NCBI GenBank assembly: GCA_017938505.1 | Contig: JAGBBH010000077.1 | Coordinates: 1 to 53,024, forward strand | Direction of reading: 5' to 3' | Source: Clostridia bacterium | Lineage (GTDB): Bacteria > Bacillota > Clostridia > Christensenellales > UBA1242 | DNA: 53,024 nucleotides | Shown: positions 28,512 to 38,747 of the stretch, piece by piece | Numbering within the stretch: the stretch's first letter is position 1 | Layout of the letters: every line of letters starts with the position of its first letter | The notes under the pieces: model-generated | Databases searched by the model: none | Told to the model about the DNA's origin: nothing | Seen by the model: the letters and a program-made list of their open reading frames with translations, nothing else | Made by a program: the position numbers and the translations under genes

Positions 28512-29528
28512 ATGAAAGTTGTTGTTGATGCTTTTGGTGGAGATAATGCACCTTTAGAAATTGTTGAAGGAACAATTAAAGCACTTGAAAAAAACAAAGA
28601 TTTGGTAGTTGTTTTAACTGGCGACGAAACAAAAATTAAAGAAATTTTGGCAGGAAGAAACGAGAGAATTGAAATTGTTCATGCAAGTGATGTGATTTCA
28701 AATGATGATTCTCCAACACTTGCAATCAGACAAAAAAAAGATTCTTCTCTTGTTAAAGCTTTTGATTGCTTGAAGGAAGGCGAAGATGTTGTGGGACTTG
28801 TTTCTGCAGGAAGCACTGGTGCAGTTTTGACTGGTGCTGTTATGAAGATTGGAAGAATTAAAGGCATTTCTCGTCCTGCACTTTGTCCGATTTTGCCAAC
28901 CATTCAAGAAAACAAAACGGTTATGATTTGTGATAGTGGTGCAAATGTTGACTGCAAACCAGAACATTTGCTTGACTTTGCTCTTATGTCATCTGCATAT
29001 TCTTCAATTATGAGTGGTATAGATTCTCCAAAGGTTGCACTGCTTAACAATGGTGCTGAAGAGCATAAAGGAAACGACTTGACAAAAACAACTTATCCAC
29101 TTATGAAAACACTTCCAATTAATTTTGTTGGAAATGTTGAAGCGAGGGAAGTTATGTCAGGTGATGTTGATGTTATTGTAGCAGACGGTTTTGCTGGCAA
29201 TGTTCTTCTTAAAAGTGTTGAGGGTGTGGCAAGTGGAATGAGCAAAATGATTAAAAAAGAAGCGAAGAAAAATTTCTTTGCAATGCTCGGCGCTTTGATG
29301 ATGGGCAAATTTAAAGGTTTAAAAGCAAAAATGGACATAAACAAATATGGTGGAGCTCCATTCCTTGGTTGCAAAAAGTTGATTGTAAAAACTCACGGGT
29401 CTGCAAAAAGAGAGGTTGTTTGCAACACGATTTTGCAAGTTGTTAAACTTCACGAAAATAAGCTGAACGAAAAAATTGAGTCTATGATTGCTGAAAAAAC
29501 AAAAAGTGTAGAGGCGAAAAATGATTAG
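28512..29528 (+). CDS. plsX: Phosphate acyltransferase PlsX
   Basis: VVDAFGGDNAP, SAGSTGA, DGFAGNVLLK and the HGS pattern. Confidence 0.9.
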   Translation: MKVVVDAFGGDNAPLEIVEGTIKALEKNKDLVVVLTGDETKIKEILAGRNERIEIVHASDVISNDDSPTLAIRQKKDSSLVKAFDCLKEGEDVVGLVSAGSTGAVLTGAVMKIGRIKGISRPALCPILPTIQENKTVMICDSGANVDCKPEHLLDFALMSSAYSSIMSGIDSPKVALLNNGAEEHKGNDLTKTTYPLMKTLPINFVGNVEAREVMSGDVDVIVADGFAGNVLLKSVEGVASGMSKMIKKEAKKNFFAMLGALMMGKFKGLKAKMDINKYGGAPFLGCKKLIVKTHGSAKREVVCNTILQVVKLHENKLNEKIESMIAEKTKSVEAKND

Positions 29529-30141
29529 TAAAAAAATTGATTATTCTTTCAGGGACAAAAAATTGCTAAAAACAGCACTTACTCATCCATCAAAATCGAA
29601 AGATAATTATCAAAGACTTGAGTTTTTAGGCGACAGTATTTTAAACTTCTTGGTTGGCGAATTTTTGTTTAAAAATTGTCAAAAGCAAGAAGGCGAACTG
29701 ACAGTTTTGCGTTCAAGACTTGTTTCCGAAAATCATTTGGCACAATGCTTTGATGAAATGGGGTTGCAAGAAGATGTTATTGCTGGCAAGAGTTTGAATG
29801 GCGATATTACAACGGCAATCAAAGGAGATGTGATTGAGGCAATTATTGCAGGAATTTATCTCGACAGCAATTTAGAAACTGCAAGACAATTTGTCGTTGA
29901 GAAATTGCATATTGAAAGTTTTGAAGAAGCAAAAGATGAAAACTATAAGACGCAACTTCAAGAACTTGTGCAAGCAAATTTCAAGTGTTCGATAAAATAT
30001 GAAACTGAAAAAGTTGAAAATCTTTTTGAAGCAAAATTCTATATGGACGATGAAGTTATTTCAAAAGGATATGGCAAAGACAAGCAAACCGCAGAGCAGA
30101 ATTGTGCTTATGTTGCTCTTTCAAAATTGTTTGTTGAATGA
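29521..30141 (+). CDS. rnc: Ribonuclease III
   Basis: The RNase III signature ERLEFLGDSIL appears as QRLEFLGDSIL. C-terminal dsRBD. Overlaps plsX by 8 nt. Confidence 0.9.
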   Translation: MISKKIDYSFRDKKLLKTALTHPSKSKDNYQRLEFLGDSILNFLVGEFLFKNCQKQEGELTVLRSRLVSENHLAQCFDEMGLQEDVIAGKSLNGDITTAIKGDVIEAIIAGIYLDSNLETARQFVVEKLHIESFEEAKDENYKTQLQELVQANFKCSIKYETEKVENLFEAKFYMDDEVISKGYGKDKQTAEQNCAYVALSKLFVE

Positions 30142-30247
30142 AAAATTTTAATGTGAAAATTTATTGTTTTTGAAATTGTGATTTTAAATTAAAGAAAAAA
30201 CAAAGTTATCAAAAGATAACAATCAATCTAAAATTTAAGGTGATTTT

Positions 30248-33200
30248 ATGTATTTTAAGAAAATTGAAATGGTCGGCTTTAAATCGTTTGCAGACAGAAC
30301 TTCCATTGAGTTTAATGGTGGTTTTACTGCAATCGTCGGACCAAATGGTTGCGGAAAAAGTAATGTTTCTGATGCTATTCGTTGGGTGCTTGGTGAACAA
30401 AGCGCTAAGTCTTTGCGTGGGGATAATATGCAAGATGTTATCTTTAAAGGAACTGAAAAAAGAAAGAGTTTGTCTTATTGTGAAGTAACTCTCATTTTTG
30501 ACAACTCTGACAGATTTTTTGACATCGCTTTTGACGAACTCTCTATCACAAGAAAACTTTACCGTTCAGGCGAAAGTGAATATTTGATTAACAAAAATAC
30601 TTGCCGTTTGAAAGATATCACTGAACTTTTGTTTAATAGTGGTATTGGAAAAAATGGTTATTCTGTCATTGGACAGGGAAAAGTTAGTCAAATTGTTGAC
30701 CAAAAAGCAGAAGACAGAAGAACTATGTTCGAAGAAGCTGCAGGCGTTGCAAAATTTAAGTCTAAAAAAGATGAAGCGGAGAGAAAACTTGAAAAAATAA
30801 GAGAAAATCTTGTTCGTCTTGATGACATTTGTGCGGAAATTGACCGCCAAATGGGGCCACTTAGAAAGCAAGCGGAAGATGCAAAGAAATATTTGGATTA
30901 TAAAGGGCAACTTAAAGATTTGGAAGTTAATGCTTACATTTTTCAATATGAAAACGCAAGCGTTGTAAAAGACCAAATTAAACAAAAAATGCAAGCCATC
31001 GAAGAAGAATTGTTTGCTAGACAAACAGACCTTGAAACTATTTCAAAGAACTATGATGAAGATATGGACAAACTTTCTTCTTTTGATAAAGAAATTGCAA
31101 AACTCAATGATGAGATTTTGCGTCTTACTGTTGAACTTGAAAAGCAAGAAGGCGAAACAAAAATTGCAAGAGAAAGAATTAATTTTACCTATAAAGAAAA
31201 CGACAGAATTAATCTTGATTTGACTAATGCAAATGTTGTGTTGGAAAATTGTCAAGAACAAGAAGTTGAAAAAACTGAGAAAAAGAAAGATTTGCAAGAC
31301 AGGCTTGATGCTTTGAAACTTGCTTATGCACAGGCCTCTGATGAGCATTTGAAACTTGTTGATGAAATGTCGTTAAATGAAACTGAAGCAGGTCAATCTC
31401 AACAAAAAATGATAGAAACTTTGGGTTCTCTTTCTGATGTTAGGAGCAGTGTTTCAAGGTTGGAGGCAGAGAAAGCAATTTTGCTCCAAAATAGAGAAAA
31501 TCTTGAAAAGAACATTGTTGAAACAGAAGAAAAATTGACCACTGCAAAAGAACAGTTTGATGTTACTTCAAAAAACATTGAAAAAGTTAAAGCAGAATAT
31601 GAAAATGTGAAATCTGAATATGAAGATGTTGTTGGAAGAATTTTTGTTGAAACAAAAGAAGTTGCTGAACTTGAAACAACAAAGGCAAATATGACTACAC
31701 ACATTAAAGTTTCAGAAAACAGAATTAAACTTTTGACAGAAATGCAATCTGAATATGAAGGTTATGCTGGAAGTGTTAGAAGAATTTTGAAAGACAGTGA
31801 AAAGAATTCTGAAATTAGCAAGAAAATTGTTGGTGTTTTGGCAAACTTGATAAGTGTTCCTGCACAATATGAAACCGCCATTGAAGTTGCTCTTGGCAAT
31901 GCTGTGCAAAACATTGTAACTTACAATGAAAATGGTGCAAAAGATTTGATTTCTTATTTGAAAGAGAATAACTATGGTCGTGCGACATTCCTTCCTATTA
32001 ACACTATGAAAAGAAGAGATATGGATGCTCGTGCCATTGCGGGAAGAAAAGGAGTTTGTGGAATCGCAAGCAAACTTATCTCTTTTGACAAGCAAATTGA
32101 CAATGTTATTAGCAACTTGCTTGGTGGAACTGTTGTTGTTGACAATATGGGAACTGCTGTTGCATTGGCAAAGGATACAAGTTTCAGTTTTAGAATTGTT
32201 ACTCTTGATGGCGGTGTTGTTAGCACTCAAGGGTCTTTGACAGGCGGAAGTAGAAAGAGTGATGCTGTCAATCTTATTTCTAGACAAAGAGAAATTGAAA
32301 CATTGACAAGTGAAGTTGAAGACTTGACAATGAGGGAATATGAGATTAAGAACAAAATTGACCTTATGAAAGTTGATTTGAATGCCTATAAAAACAGAGA
32401 AAAACAACTTTCAATTAAGAAAGGTGAATTGGAAGTAAGTTTGGCAAAAGAACAAGAGAAATTTGAAGCATTGAAGAATGATTTGACAGAACTTGAAGAT
32501 GAAAACAATGTTTATAAGATGGAAAACAACACTGTTACAAACAAACTTAAACTCATCGACCAAGACCTGTCCCAAACAAACATTGTTCAAAATGCTTTGA
32601 GTGGAAGTTCTGAAGATGTTAACTTGCTTGTTAAACAAAAACAAGAAAGATATAATCAAATCAGACAAGCTCGTGATGAAATTGTTGCTCGTATGACAAC
32701 AATTAAGGTTGACATTGCCGCTTGTGAAGAAAAACTCAAGGCGATTTCTGATGAACTTGACAGAATCTTGATTGAAAAAGACAAACAACAATCAAACATT
32801 GAAGTTTTGAATGCTCACTTGAAAGAAAATGAAGCTTTTATTGCCAATGCTGAGGAAATCATTAGACAACAAATTGAAAATGCAAAACCTTCTGAAGCAA
32901 AAGATAAATTGCAAGCAATCAGAAAGAACAGAGAAAACATTGAAAACAGCAAAATAGCAATTTCAGCAGAAATTAAGAAACTTGATGAAGAAAAAGTTGT
33001 TACAATGGACACAATTGCAAAAGTTAAAGACAAACAATATAAAGAAGAAGCAAACCTCTCTAAAGTTGACACCGAACTTGAGGCAATGCAAGAAAGAATT
33101 TATGAAGAATATAGTTTGACTTATAATGGTTGTTTGGAATTTAGACGCCCTGATTTTGAAATTAAAGAGGCCCTTATTGCAATTAACAAACTCAAAAAAG

Positions 33201-33835
33201 ACATTTCTGCTTTGGGTTATGTAAATGTTCACGCAATTGAAGATGTTTCAACTTTGCTTGAAAGATATAATGACCTTTCAACGCAATCCGAAGACTTGAA
33301 AAAAGCAGAGGAAGATTTGGTTAAAATCATTAAAGACCTCTCAACCGAAATGCTTGAGAAATTTAATGATGAGTTTAACAAAATCAACGAAAGTTTCAAA
33401 ATTGTGTTCAGAGAGTTGTTTGGTGGTGGAAATGCAAGACTTGAACTTACTGAGTCAGAAGACCCTCTTGAAGCAGGGGTTGAAATTATGGTTCAACTTC
33501 CTGGCAAGGCGGCAAACAATTTGTCGCTTTTGAGTGGTGGAGAAAAAACTTTGACAGCAATTGCTCTCTTGTTTGCAATTTTGAGATTGAAACCACTTCC
33601 ATTCTCACTTCTTGACGAAATTGAAGCGGCACTTGATGATGCAAACATTGAAAGATTTGTAACATATTTGAAAAAACTGTCGCAAACAACACAATTCATT
33701 GTTATTACACACAGAAAACCAACAATGGAACTAGCTGATGGTTTGTATGGTGTTACAATGGAAGAAAAGGGAGTGTCAAAAATTGTTTCAGTTAAACTTG
33801 CTGATGCTATGGCACAAGTTGAGTCTGGAAAATAG
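30248..33835 (+). CDS. smc: Chromosome segregation protein SMC
   Basis: Walker A GPNGCGKSN, long coiled coils, a hinge, LSGGEK and the Walker B LLDEIEAALD. Confidence 0.95.
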   Translation: MYFKKIEMVGFKSFADRTSIEFNGGFTAIVGPNGCGKSNVSDAIRWVLGEQSAKSLRGDNMQDVIFKGTEKRKSLSYCEVTLIFDNSDRFFDIAFDELSITRKLYRSGESEYLINKNTCRLKDITELLFNSGIGKNGYSVIGQGKVSQIVDQKAEDRRTMFEEAAGVAKFKSKKDEAERKLEKIRENLVRLDDICAEIDRQMGPLRKQAEDAKKYLDYKGQLKDLEVNAYIFQYENASVVKDQIKQKMQAIEEELFARQTDLETISKNYDEDMDKLSSFDKEIAKLNDEILRLTVELEKQEGETKIARERINFTYKENDRINLDLTNANVVLENCQEQEVEKTEKKKDLQDRLDALKLAYAQASDEHLKLVDEMSLNETEAGQSQQKMIETLGSLSDVRSSVSRLEAEKAILLQNRENLEKNIVETEEKLTTAKEQFDVTSKNIEKVKAEYENVKSEYEDVVGRIFVETKEVAELETTKANMTTHIKVSENRIKLLTEMQSEYEGYAGSVRRILKDSEKNSEISKKIVGVLANLISVPAQYETAIEVALGNAVQNIVTYNENGAKDLISYLKENNYGRATFLPINTMKRRDMDARAIAGRKGVCGIASKLISFDKQIDNVISNLLGGTVVVDNMGTAVALAKDTSFSFRIVTLDGGVVSTQGSLTGGSRKSDAVNLISRQREIETLTSEVEDLTMREYEIKNKIDLMKVDLNAYKNREKQLSIKKGELEVSLAKEQEKFEALKNDLTELEDENNVYKMENNTVTNKLKLIDQDLSQTNIVQNALSGSSEDVNLLVKQKQERYNQIRQARDEIVARMTTIKVDIAACEEKLKAISDELDRILIEKDKQQSNIEVLNAHLKENEAFIANAEEIIRQQIENAKPSEAKDKLQAIRKNRENIENSKIAISAEIKKLDEEKVVTMDTIAKVKDKQYKEEANLSKVDTELEAMQERIYEEYSLTYNGCLEFRRPDFEIKEALIAINKLKKDISALGYVNVHAIEDVSTLLERYNDLSTQSEDLKKAEEDLVKIIKDLSTEMLEKFNDEFNKINESFKIVFRELFGGGNARLELTESEDPLEAGVEIMVQLPGKAANNLSLLSGGEKTLTAIALLFAILRLKPLPFSLLDEIEAALDDANIERFVTYLKKLSQTTQFIVITHRKPTMELADGLYGVTMEEKGVSKIVSVKLADAMAQVESGK

Positions 33836-33845
33836 AGGTGTTGTA

Positions 33846-34742
33846 ATGGGATTGTTTAAAAAGATTGGAAATGCATTAAAAAAGACAAAAGAAGCATTGG
33901 CAAGAAAAATCGATGCCTTGCTTTCTCATGGGGAAGTCGATGATGAACTTTTTGAAGATTTGACGGACATTTTGATTTCTTGTGATATAGGTGTTAAGTC
34001 ATCAATGGAAATTGTTGATGAGGTACGGGTAGAAGCACATAAAAGAAAAATTCGCAAAGCGGAAGGTGTTAAAGAACTTTTGAAAGAAACAATTGCGGGT
34101 TATTTTGAAAATGCTCCAAAAATTGACATTCAATATCCTGCAATTATCACAATTATTGGCGTTAATGGTGTTGGAAAAACAACAACAATTGGGAAACTTG
34201 CCAACTATTTCAAAAATCAGAAAAAAACAGTAACTCTTGTTGCTGGTGATACCTTTAGGGCGGCAGCATCTTCACAACTTAATGAGTGGGCTGGAAGAAC
34301 AAAAACAAGAATAATTAAACACGCAGAGGGAGCAGATGCCGCCGCTGTTGTGTTTGATGGAATTGCAAGTGCAAAAGCAAACAACACTGATGTTTTGCTT
34401 GTTGACACTGCAGGAAGATTGCATACGAAAGTAAATTTGATGTCAGAACTTCAAAAGATTGAAAGAATTATTGACAGAGAATATGACTCTGCGAATAAAT
34501 ATAACTTCATTGTTCTAGATGCAACAACCGGTCAAAATGCACTTTCACAAATTAATGCTTTTTCTGAATATGCAAAGATTGATGGAATCGTTTTGACAAA
34601 ACTTGACGGAACTGCCAAAGGTGGTGTGATTATTGCAATTGAAAAAGAATATAATCTTCCTGTTGTTTTTGTTGGAACTGGAGAAGGTGTTGACGACATT
34701 GATTTTTTCAATGCAAAAGAATTTGTTGACGAATTATTTTAA
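33846..34742 (+). CDS. ftsY: Signal recognition particle receptor FtsY
   Basis: Start taken at the internal ATG (MGLFKKIG). GVNGVGKTTTIGKLA, DTAGR and TKLDGTAKGG motifs. Confidence 0.9.
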   Translation: MGLFKKIGNALKKTKEALARKIDALLSHGEVDDELFEDLTDILISCDIGVKSSMEIVDEVRVEAHKRKIRKAEGVKELLKETIAGYFENAPKIDIQYPAIITIIGVNGVGKTTTIGKLANYFKNQKKTVTLVAGDTFRAAASSQLNEWAGRTKTRIIKHAEGADAAAVVFDGIASAKANNTDVLLVDTAGRLHTKVNLMSELQKIERIIDREYDSANKYNFIVLDATTGQNALSQINAFSEYAKIDGIVLTKLDGTAKGGVIIAIEKEYNLPVVFVGTGEGVDDIDFFNAKEFVDELF

Positions 34743-34750
34743 TTAAATTA

Positions 34751-34775
34751 AAGTCGAATTTTTCGACTTTTTTTT
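34751..34775 (+). terminator. Rho-independent terminator after ftsY
   Basis: AAGTCGAA-TTT-TTCGACTT followed by a T-run. Confidence 0.65.
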
Positions 34776-35048
34776 ATATTTGCATTTTAAATTATTTTTT
34801 TGATATTTATTTATATTTGTAAATTATATTGATATTCCTCAAAAATCGTATATTTTAGTGGGGAACATATAAATAATATTTTTATTTATATAATTAATAT
34901 CATTAATTGAAAAATATAGGTCAAATTATTTGGAAAAAGTGAAAAATATGTGTATAATAGTAATATGAAAAGAAAAACAAACTACTTATTTCAAGATAAA
35001 AATGAAGAAAAAATTTATAAAAAAACCTTTCCTAACTTAAAAATGAGA

Positions 35049-35058
35049 GGGGGGGGGG
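35049..35058 (+). repeat. Homopolymeric G10 tract at the 5' end of the surface-protein gene
   Basis: Ten consecutive G in an otherwise AT-rich intergenic/5' region. It lies between the ATG at 35043 and the long ORF. Confidence 0.9.
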
Positions 35059-35088
35059 TATAAGCAATATTCGCCACGTATTTGGGCG

Positions 35089-37920
35089 TTGGTTGTGTGC
35101 CTTGCATTTGTTTTTTTGGGCGGAATAATTGGGTTCGTTTTTCCTTTGTCGTCTATGAAAGATGACAACATCGTTGCAAATGAAGATGTGGTTACTTTTC
35201 AAAGAAGCGATGTGGGGTCCTCTTGGGCCTGTGAAATGTGTGTAGAAAATTGTACAACTGGAGAAACATATTGGGTTGAAGATGGTGAATCAGTTTCTTT
35301 TACTATAAATAGTAGCACGAATTATTGGTATATTTCTGATGACAATGTGTTTAATTATTACATATATATCGGCGATGACTCGGGAATGTCGGACAGGTAT
35401 TATGCAACTTATAGTCCTATGAATGGTAGTGAAAAGATTATTACTTTTGGAATTAGGGATCAGGAGTACAGTTTTGGTAGGACATATTTTAATGCAAATG
35501 GCGGCTCGTTTCAAAAATATGATGGAACTCACTCAAATAAGGTTTATAATGCTGAACAAAAGATAGGTAATTATAATGGGCAAAATGTTTATAAGGGCAA
35601 CAATGGCGAAGCATATTGTGCTTGGTTTTGGGGAATTTCTGGAAAAATCTATCCATTGCTTGTTTCAAGAACCCCAACATCAGTGTATTTTTATGACGAT
35701 AATGCTGGCGGACACACGGATTATCTTAGTTTTACATATAACGGCGAAACTTGGTATGTTTCAAACTCTTATCTTTTGGATATACAAAACTATTGGAATG
35801 ACCACACCGATTATCAAGCATTTATTGGTGTTGACCAATCTGGATATCTTCTTCATCAATTTGATACATTTGATTCGGAGGGAAATTGGCAATATGATGA
35901 ATATAGACTTATTACGAGTGAAGATGATTTGATTCGCTATGCAGCAGAAAAAATGCTGATAACACTTGATACAGAAACCTCCCTTTGGGAACAAGGGTTT
36001 TCTGGCGGGGGAATTCAGTTTCCAGATGACCCATATAGACGCTTTTACTCTTTTTCGGGTTGGTACACTGCTAGAAGTGGTGGAACAAAGGTTACTTCTT
36101 CAAGTTCAAAGGCTGGACACAACAGAACGCTGTATGCACAATATTCGCTTGGATGGTCAGATGTCATTGTTGACACAAATTGCGATGCTTTGGGTGGACA
36201 ATGGATTATTGATAATGATGGTGAATATGCATCTGTTAGTTCTAGCAGTTCATTAAACTATAACAGTTTTTATTATGTCTTAAATGACAACGGAGTGTCT
36301 TCAGTAAGTAATTTGAAAAAAACAGGGCATACAATTACTGGTATATCTGTATGCGATTCTTCAAGAAATCGTGGTAGTAAAGTTTATACTCTGTCAGAGT
36401 TGCAGAATGGAATTTCTGCATTGACGCTTTATCAAGATTATTACAACACATTTGGTGTTGACCCTGTTGTAGCGCACAAAATGTATATGATTTTTGTTTG
36501 GCAAAAGAATACATATACTCTATCAGTGCGTTTGGGAAGTTATAATTCAAGTTCGGGCTATACGGTTACTCTTTCTGCTCCAGGATGTTCAATTTCAAAC
36601 TCTAAATTGACACAAACAAATTCAACTTCAACAATTTATCATACTTATTCAACTACAGCATTAACAATTACTTTAACTCGAAGTGATGCACACTTACAGA
36701 TTTATGTTGATGGTAGTTTGGTTTCGCAAGCAGAAGGCTCGACATCTTATAGGTGGACGCCAAACGCAAACCGAACGCTAACTTGGTATCTTAGAGAATT
36801 ATCTACTGTTAGGGTATCTAGCGACGATAATGGAATTTCTGGTGTTACATTTAGTTCAAGTGCAAACAATCCTAGTGGTTGTTCTACAGTTTCAAACGCA
36901 ACATCTCTTACAAATGTAAGGCAAGGAACAATTGTTGATTTTAAGGCCAATGTAAAATCCGGATATATTTTTGAGGGTTGGTATAATGGCTCGACAAGAG
37001 TTTCAACAAGTGCCAGCTATTCAGGAGTAACAATTTCAGGTGATTTAAGTCTTACCGCAAAAGCTACAAAGATATATGATTTGATAAAATATGACAACAC
37101 AGGGCAATATCACTACTTTGAAGATGGGCATTACCCGCAATCCTATGTTGGAGATTCGCTGAATTCAACATTGAACAGTTGGTACACTTCACAATCTTCA
37201 ACGGCAACTTATGTTATTAATCGTCAGACAACATATTGTTATACATATAACGGAACAAAATATGCGAGGGTATATTGTCCAAAATCTAGCACAGTTACAT
37301 TAAGCAGTGGAAGCAGTAAGAGTTTCTATAGTGGCACATATTATTGGTTTACTGTTGCACCAATTCGTTGGAGGGTTAGTGATTATGCTGTGAGTTCAGA
37401 TTATTATTCGACAACACTTTATTCTAGATTTGTTAATGATGGGTGCGTGAATGGTGTAAGTGAATATGTCTTGCATTATGGCGCCATCAATGATTCAGTT
37501 GTGCCAACCCTTGAAGGCTGGAAGTATGTCGATGGGGGAGTCCATACTGATGTAAGATATAATAACAGTGCTGCAAATTGTTTGTCATATACAACCACTA
37601 TCAAAGAATTTGATTATTTTAACGACACAGGAACAAACAAAAAAGTGTTGCATGAGACAATTTCCTCAGAAGGGATTTATCAAGCATCAATAAGTGATAT
37701 CGATTCGGCAGGAATAACAGATTATAGGGCAAAGGCAACGGATTTGGTTTGTATGCTTGTTGGAATTGATTATGGTGATTATTGCAGTTATTCAACGAGA
37801 GATTTATATAACTTGGGTTGTGGAAAGTCTGTAACAGCAGACGGTACAGTGCGTAATTTGTGGCTTAATTCTGCTTGCGGTGTCAGATTTGTCTATGCAA
37901 GCACAGGGAAGTCTAGTTGA
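35089..37920 (+). CDS. Large surface protein with Listeria-Bacteroides (InlB B-type) repeats and a C-terminal lectin-like module
   Basis: The track ORF starts at TTG 35089 with no SD. A hydrophobic anchor or signal follows (VVCLAFVFLGGIIGFVF). Repeat motifs are YSFSGWYTARSGG...TLYAQY and GYIFEGWYNGS. The C-terminal ~270 aa are paralogous to residues ~65-340 of the 43287 gene. ATG 35043 would come into frame if the G tract lost 1 nt. Confidence 0.7.
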   Translation: MVVCLAFVFLGGIIGFVFPLSSMKDDNIVANEDVVTFQRSDVGSSWACEMCVENCTTGETYWVEDGESVSFTINSSTNYWYISDDNVFNYYIYIGDDSGMSDRYYATYSPMNGSEKIITFGIRDQEYSFGRTYFNANGGSFQKYDGTHSNKVYNAEQKIGNYNGQNVYKGNNGEAYCAWFWGISGKIYPLLVSRTPTSVYFYDDNAGGHTDYLSFTYNGETWYVSNSYLLDIQNYWNDHTDYQAFIGVDQSGYLLHQFDTFDSEGNWQYDEYRLITSEDDLIRYAAEKMLITLDTETSLWEQGFSGGGIQFPDDPYRRFYSFSGWYTARSGGTKVTSSSSKAGHNRTLYAQYSLGWSDVIVDTNCDALGGQWIIDNDGEYASVSSSSSLNYNSFYYVLNDNGVSSVSNLKKTGHTITGISVCDSSRNRGSKVYTLSELQNGISALTLYQDYYNTFGVDPVVAHKMYMIFVWQKNTYTLSVRLGSYNSSSGYTVTLSAPGCSISNSKLTQTNSTSTIYHTYSTTALTITLTRSDAHLQIYVDGSLVSQAEGSTSYRWTPNANRTLTWYLRELSTVRVSSDDNGISGVTFSSSANNPSGCSTVSNATSLTNVRQGTIVDFKANVKSGYIFEGWYNGSTRVSTSASYSGVTISGDLSLTAKATKIYDLIKYDNTGQYHYFEDGHYPQSYVGDSLNSTLNSWYTSQSSTATYVINRQTTYCYTYNGTKYARVYCPKSSTVTLSSGSSKSFYSGTYYWFTVAPIRWRVSDYAVSSDYYSTTLYSRFVNDGCVNGVSEYVLHYGAINDSVVPTLEGWKYVDGGVHTDVRYNNSAANCLSYTTTIKEFDYFNDTGTNKKVLHETISSEGIYQASISDIDSAGITDYRAKATDLVCMLVGIDYGDYCSYSTRDLYNLGCGKSVTADGTVRNLWLNSACGVRFVYASTGKSS

Positions 37921-38103
37921 TGGATAAATTTGGTGCGAATTTATTGTTGTAATTCGTTGTTATATTAAAGATTAATTAAAAAATGAATTTGTTGATAAAA
38001 AAACACAAAGAATATTCTTTGTGTTTTTTTTGTTTGTGTTTTTTTAATTTTTGTTATTAAAGAGATTTTCTTTAACAACAAAAGTGTCGAAAGAGATGAG
38101 AGT

Positions 38104-38583
38104 CTATTTTGTTTTTTCAATAGTTCCGCAAGAAATGCTTGCGTGAATTTTGCCGTTTATATCCGTTTTTGAATCAAAAAGTTTGAGTTCTTCTTGAGTG
38201 AGTTGTTTTGTGAGTTCTTGTTCGTTTGTTCTAATTCCTAAATCTACAAAGAATGAAAACATATTGATAAGATGTTTGTCTTCTTGTGTTAATGCTTTAC
38301 TTCTTTCTTCTTGAAGATAACTGTAAATTTGTCTGCGAACAACTTCTTTAACTTCAGGATTGTTGATAGGCAAAAAACAGTTTGCCATAACAAAATAACT
38401 TTGAGGCGAACTTTGCGTTTTGTCATAGTTTAAGGTTACGATTCTGAATTTGATATTTTTCAAAAAGTCATCTGTGATTGTTGTGATGCTTTTTACTTTT
38501 TCCAAGTTCTTGTTTGAGTGAATTCTGCTGAATGACTCAAGTCTTTTGCAATATCCAGATTCTTTAAATGGTGTTAAAATCAT
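38104..38583 (-). CDS. Hypothetical protein (159 aa)
   Basis: GGAGGG RBS. No motif recognised. Confidence 0.5.
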   Translation of the reverse strand: MILTPFKESGYCKRLESFSRIHSNKNLEKVKSITTITDDFLKNIKFRIVTLNYDKTQSSPQSYFVMANCFLPINNPEVKEVVRRQIYSYLQEERSKALTQEDKHLINMFSFFVDLGIRTNEQELTKQLTQEELKLFDSKTDINGKIHASISCGTIEKTK

Positions 38584-38747
38584 TATTGCCCTCCATAATT
38601 TAGTTTCAAGAGTTCTATTTACGACCTTATTTAATCATACATTTTTGCATTTGTCAATAGGCAATTTTGAGATTTTTGAAACTTATTTTTATAAAATAAG
38701 TCAAATTTTGACATTTTTCAACATATATCAAGTCTATAGGAGTTGGT

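Noticed and set aside
30566-33232. Multiple antisense ORFs inside smc (for example 31712-32407 at 231 aa and 30566-31024)
   Set aside because: These are typical shadow ORFs opposite an AT-rich, Lys/Glu-rich coiled-coil gene. They have Phe/Asn/Ile-rich low-complexity translations and no RBS.
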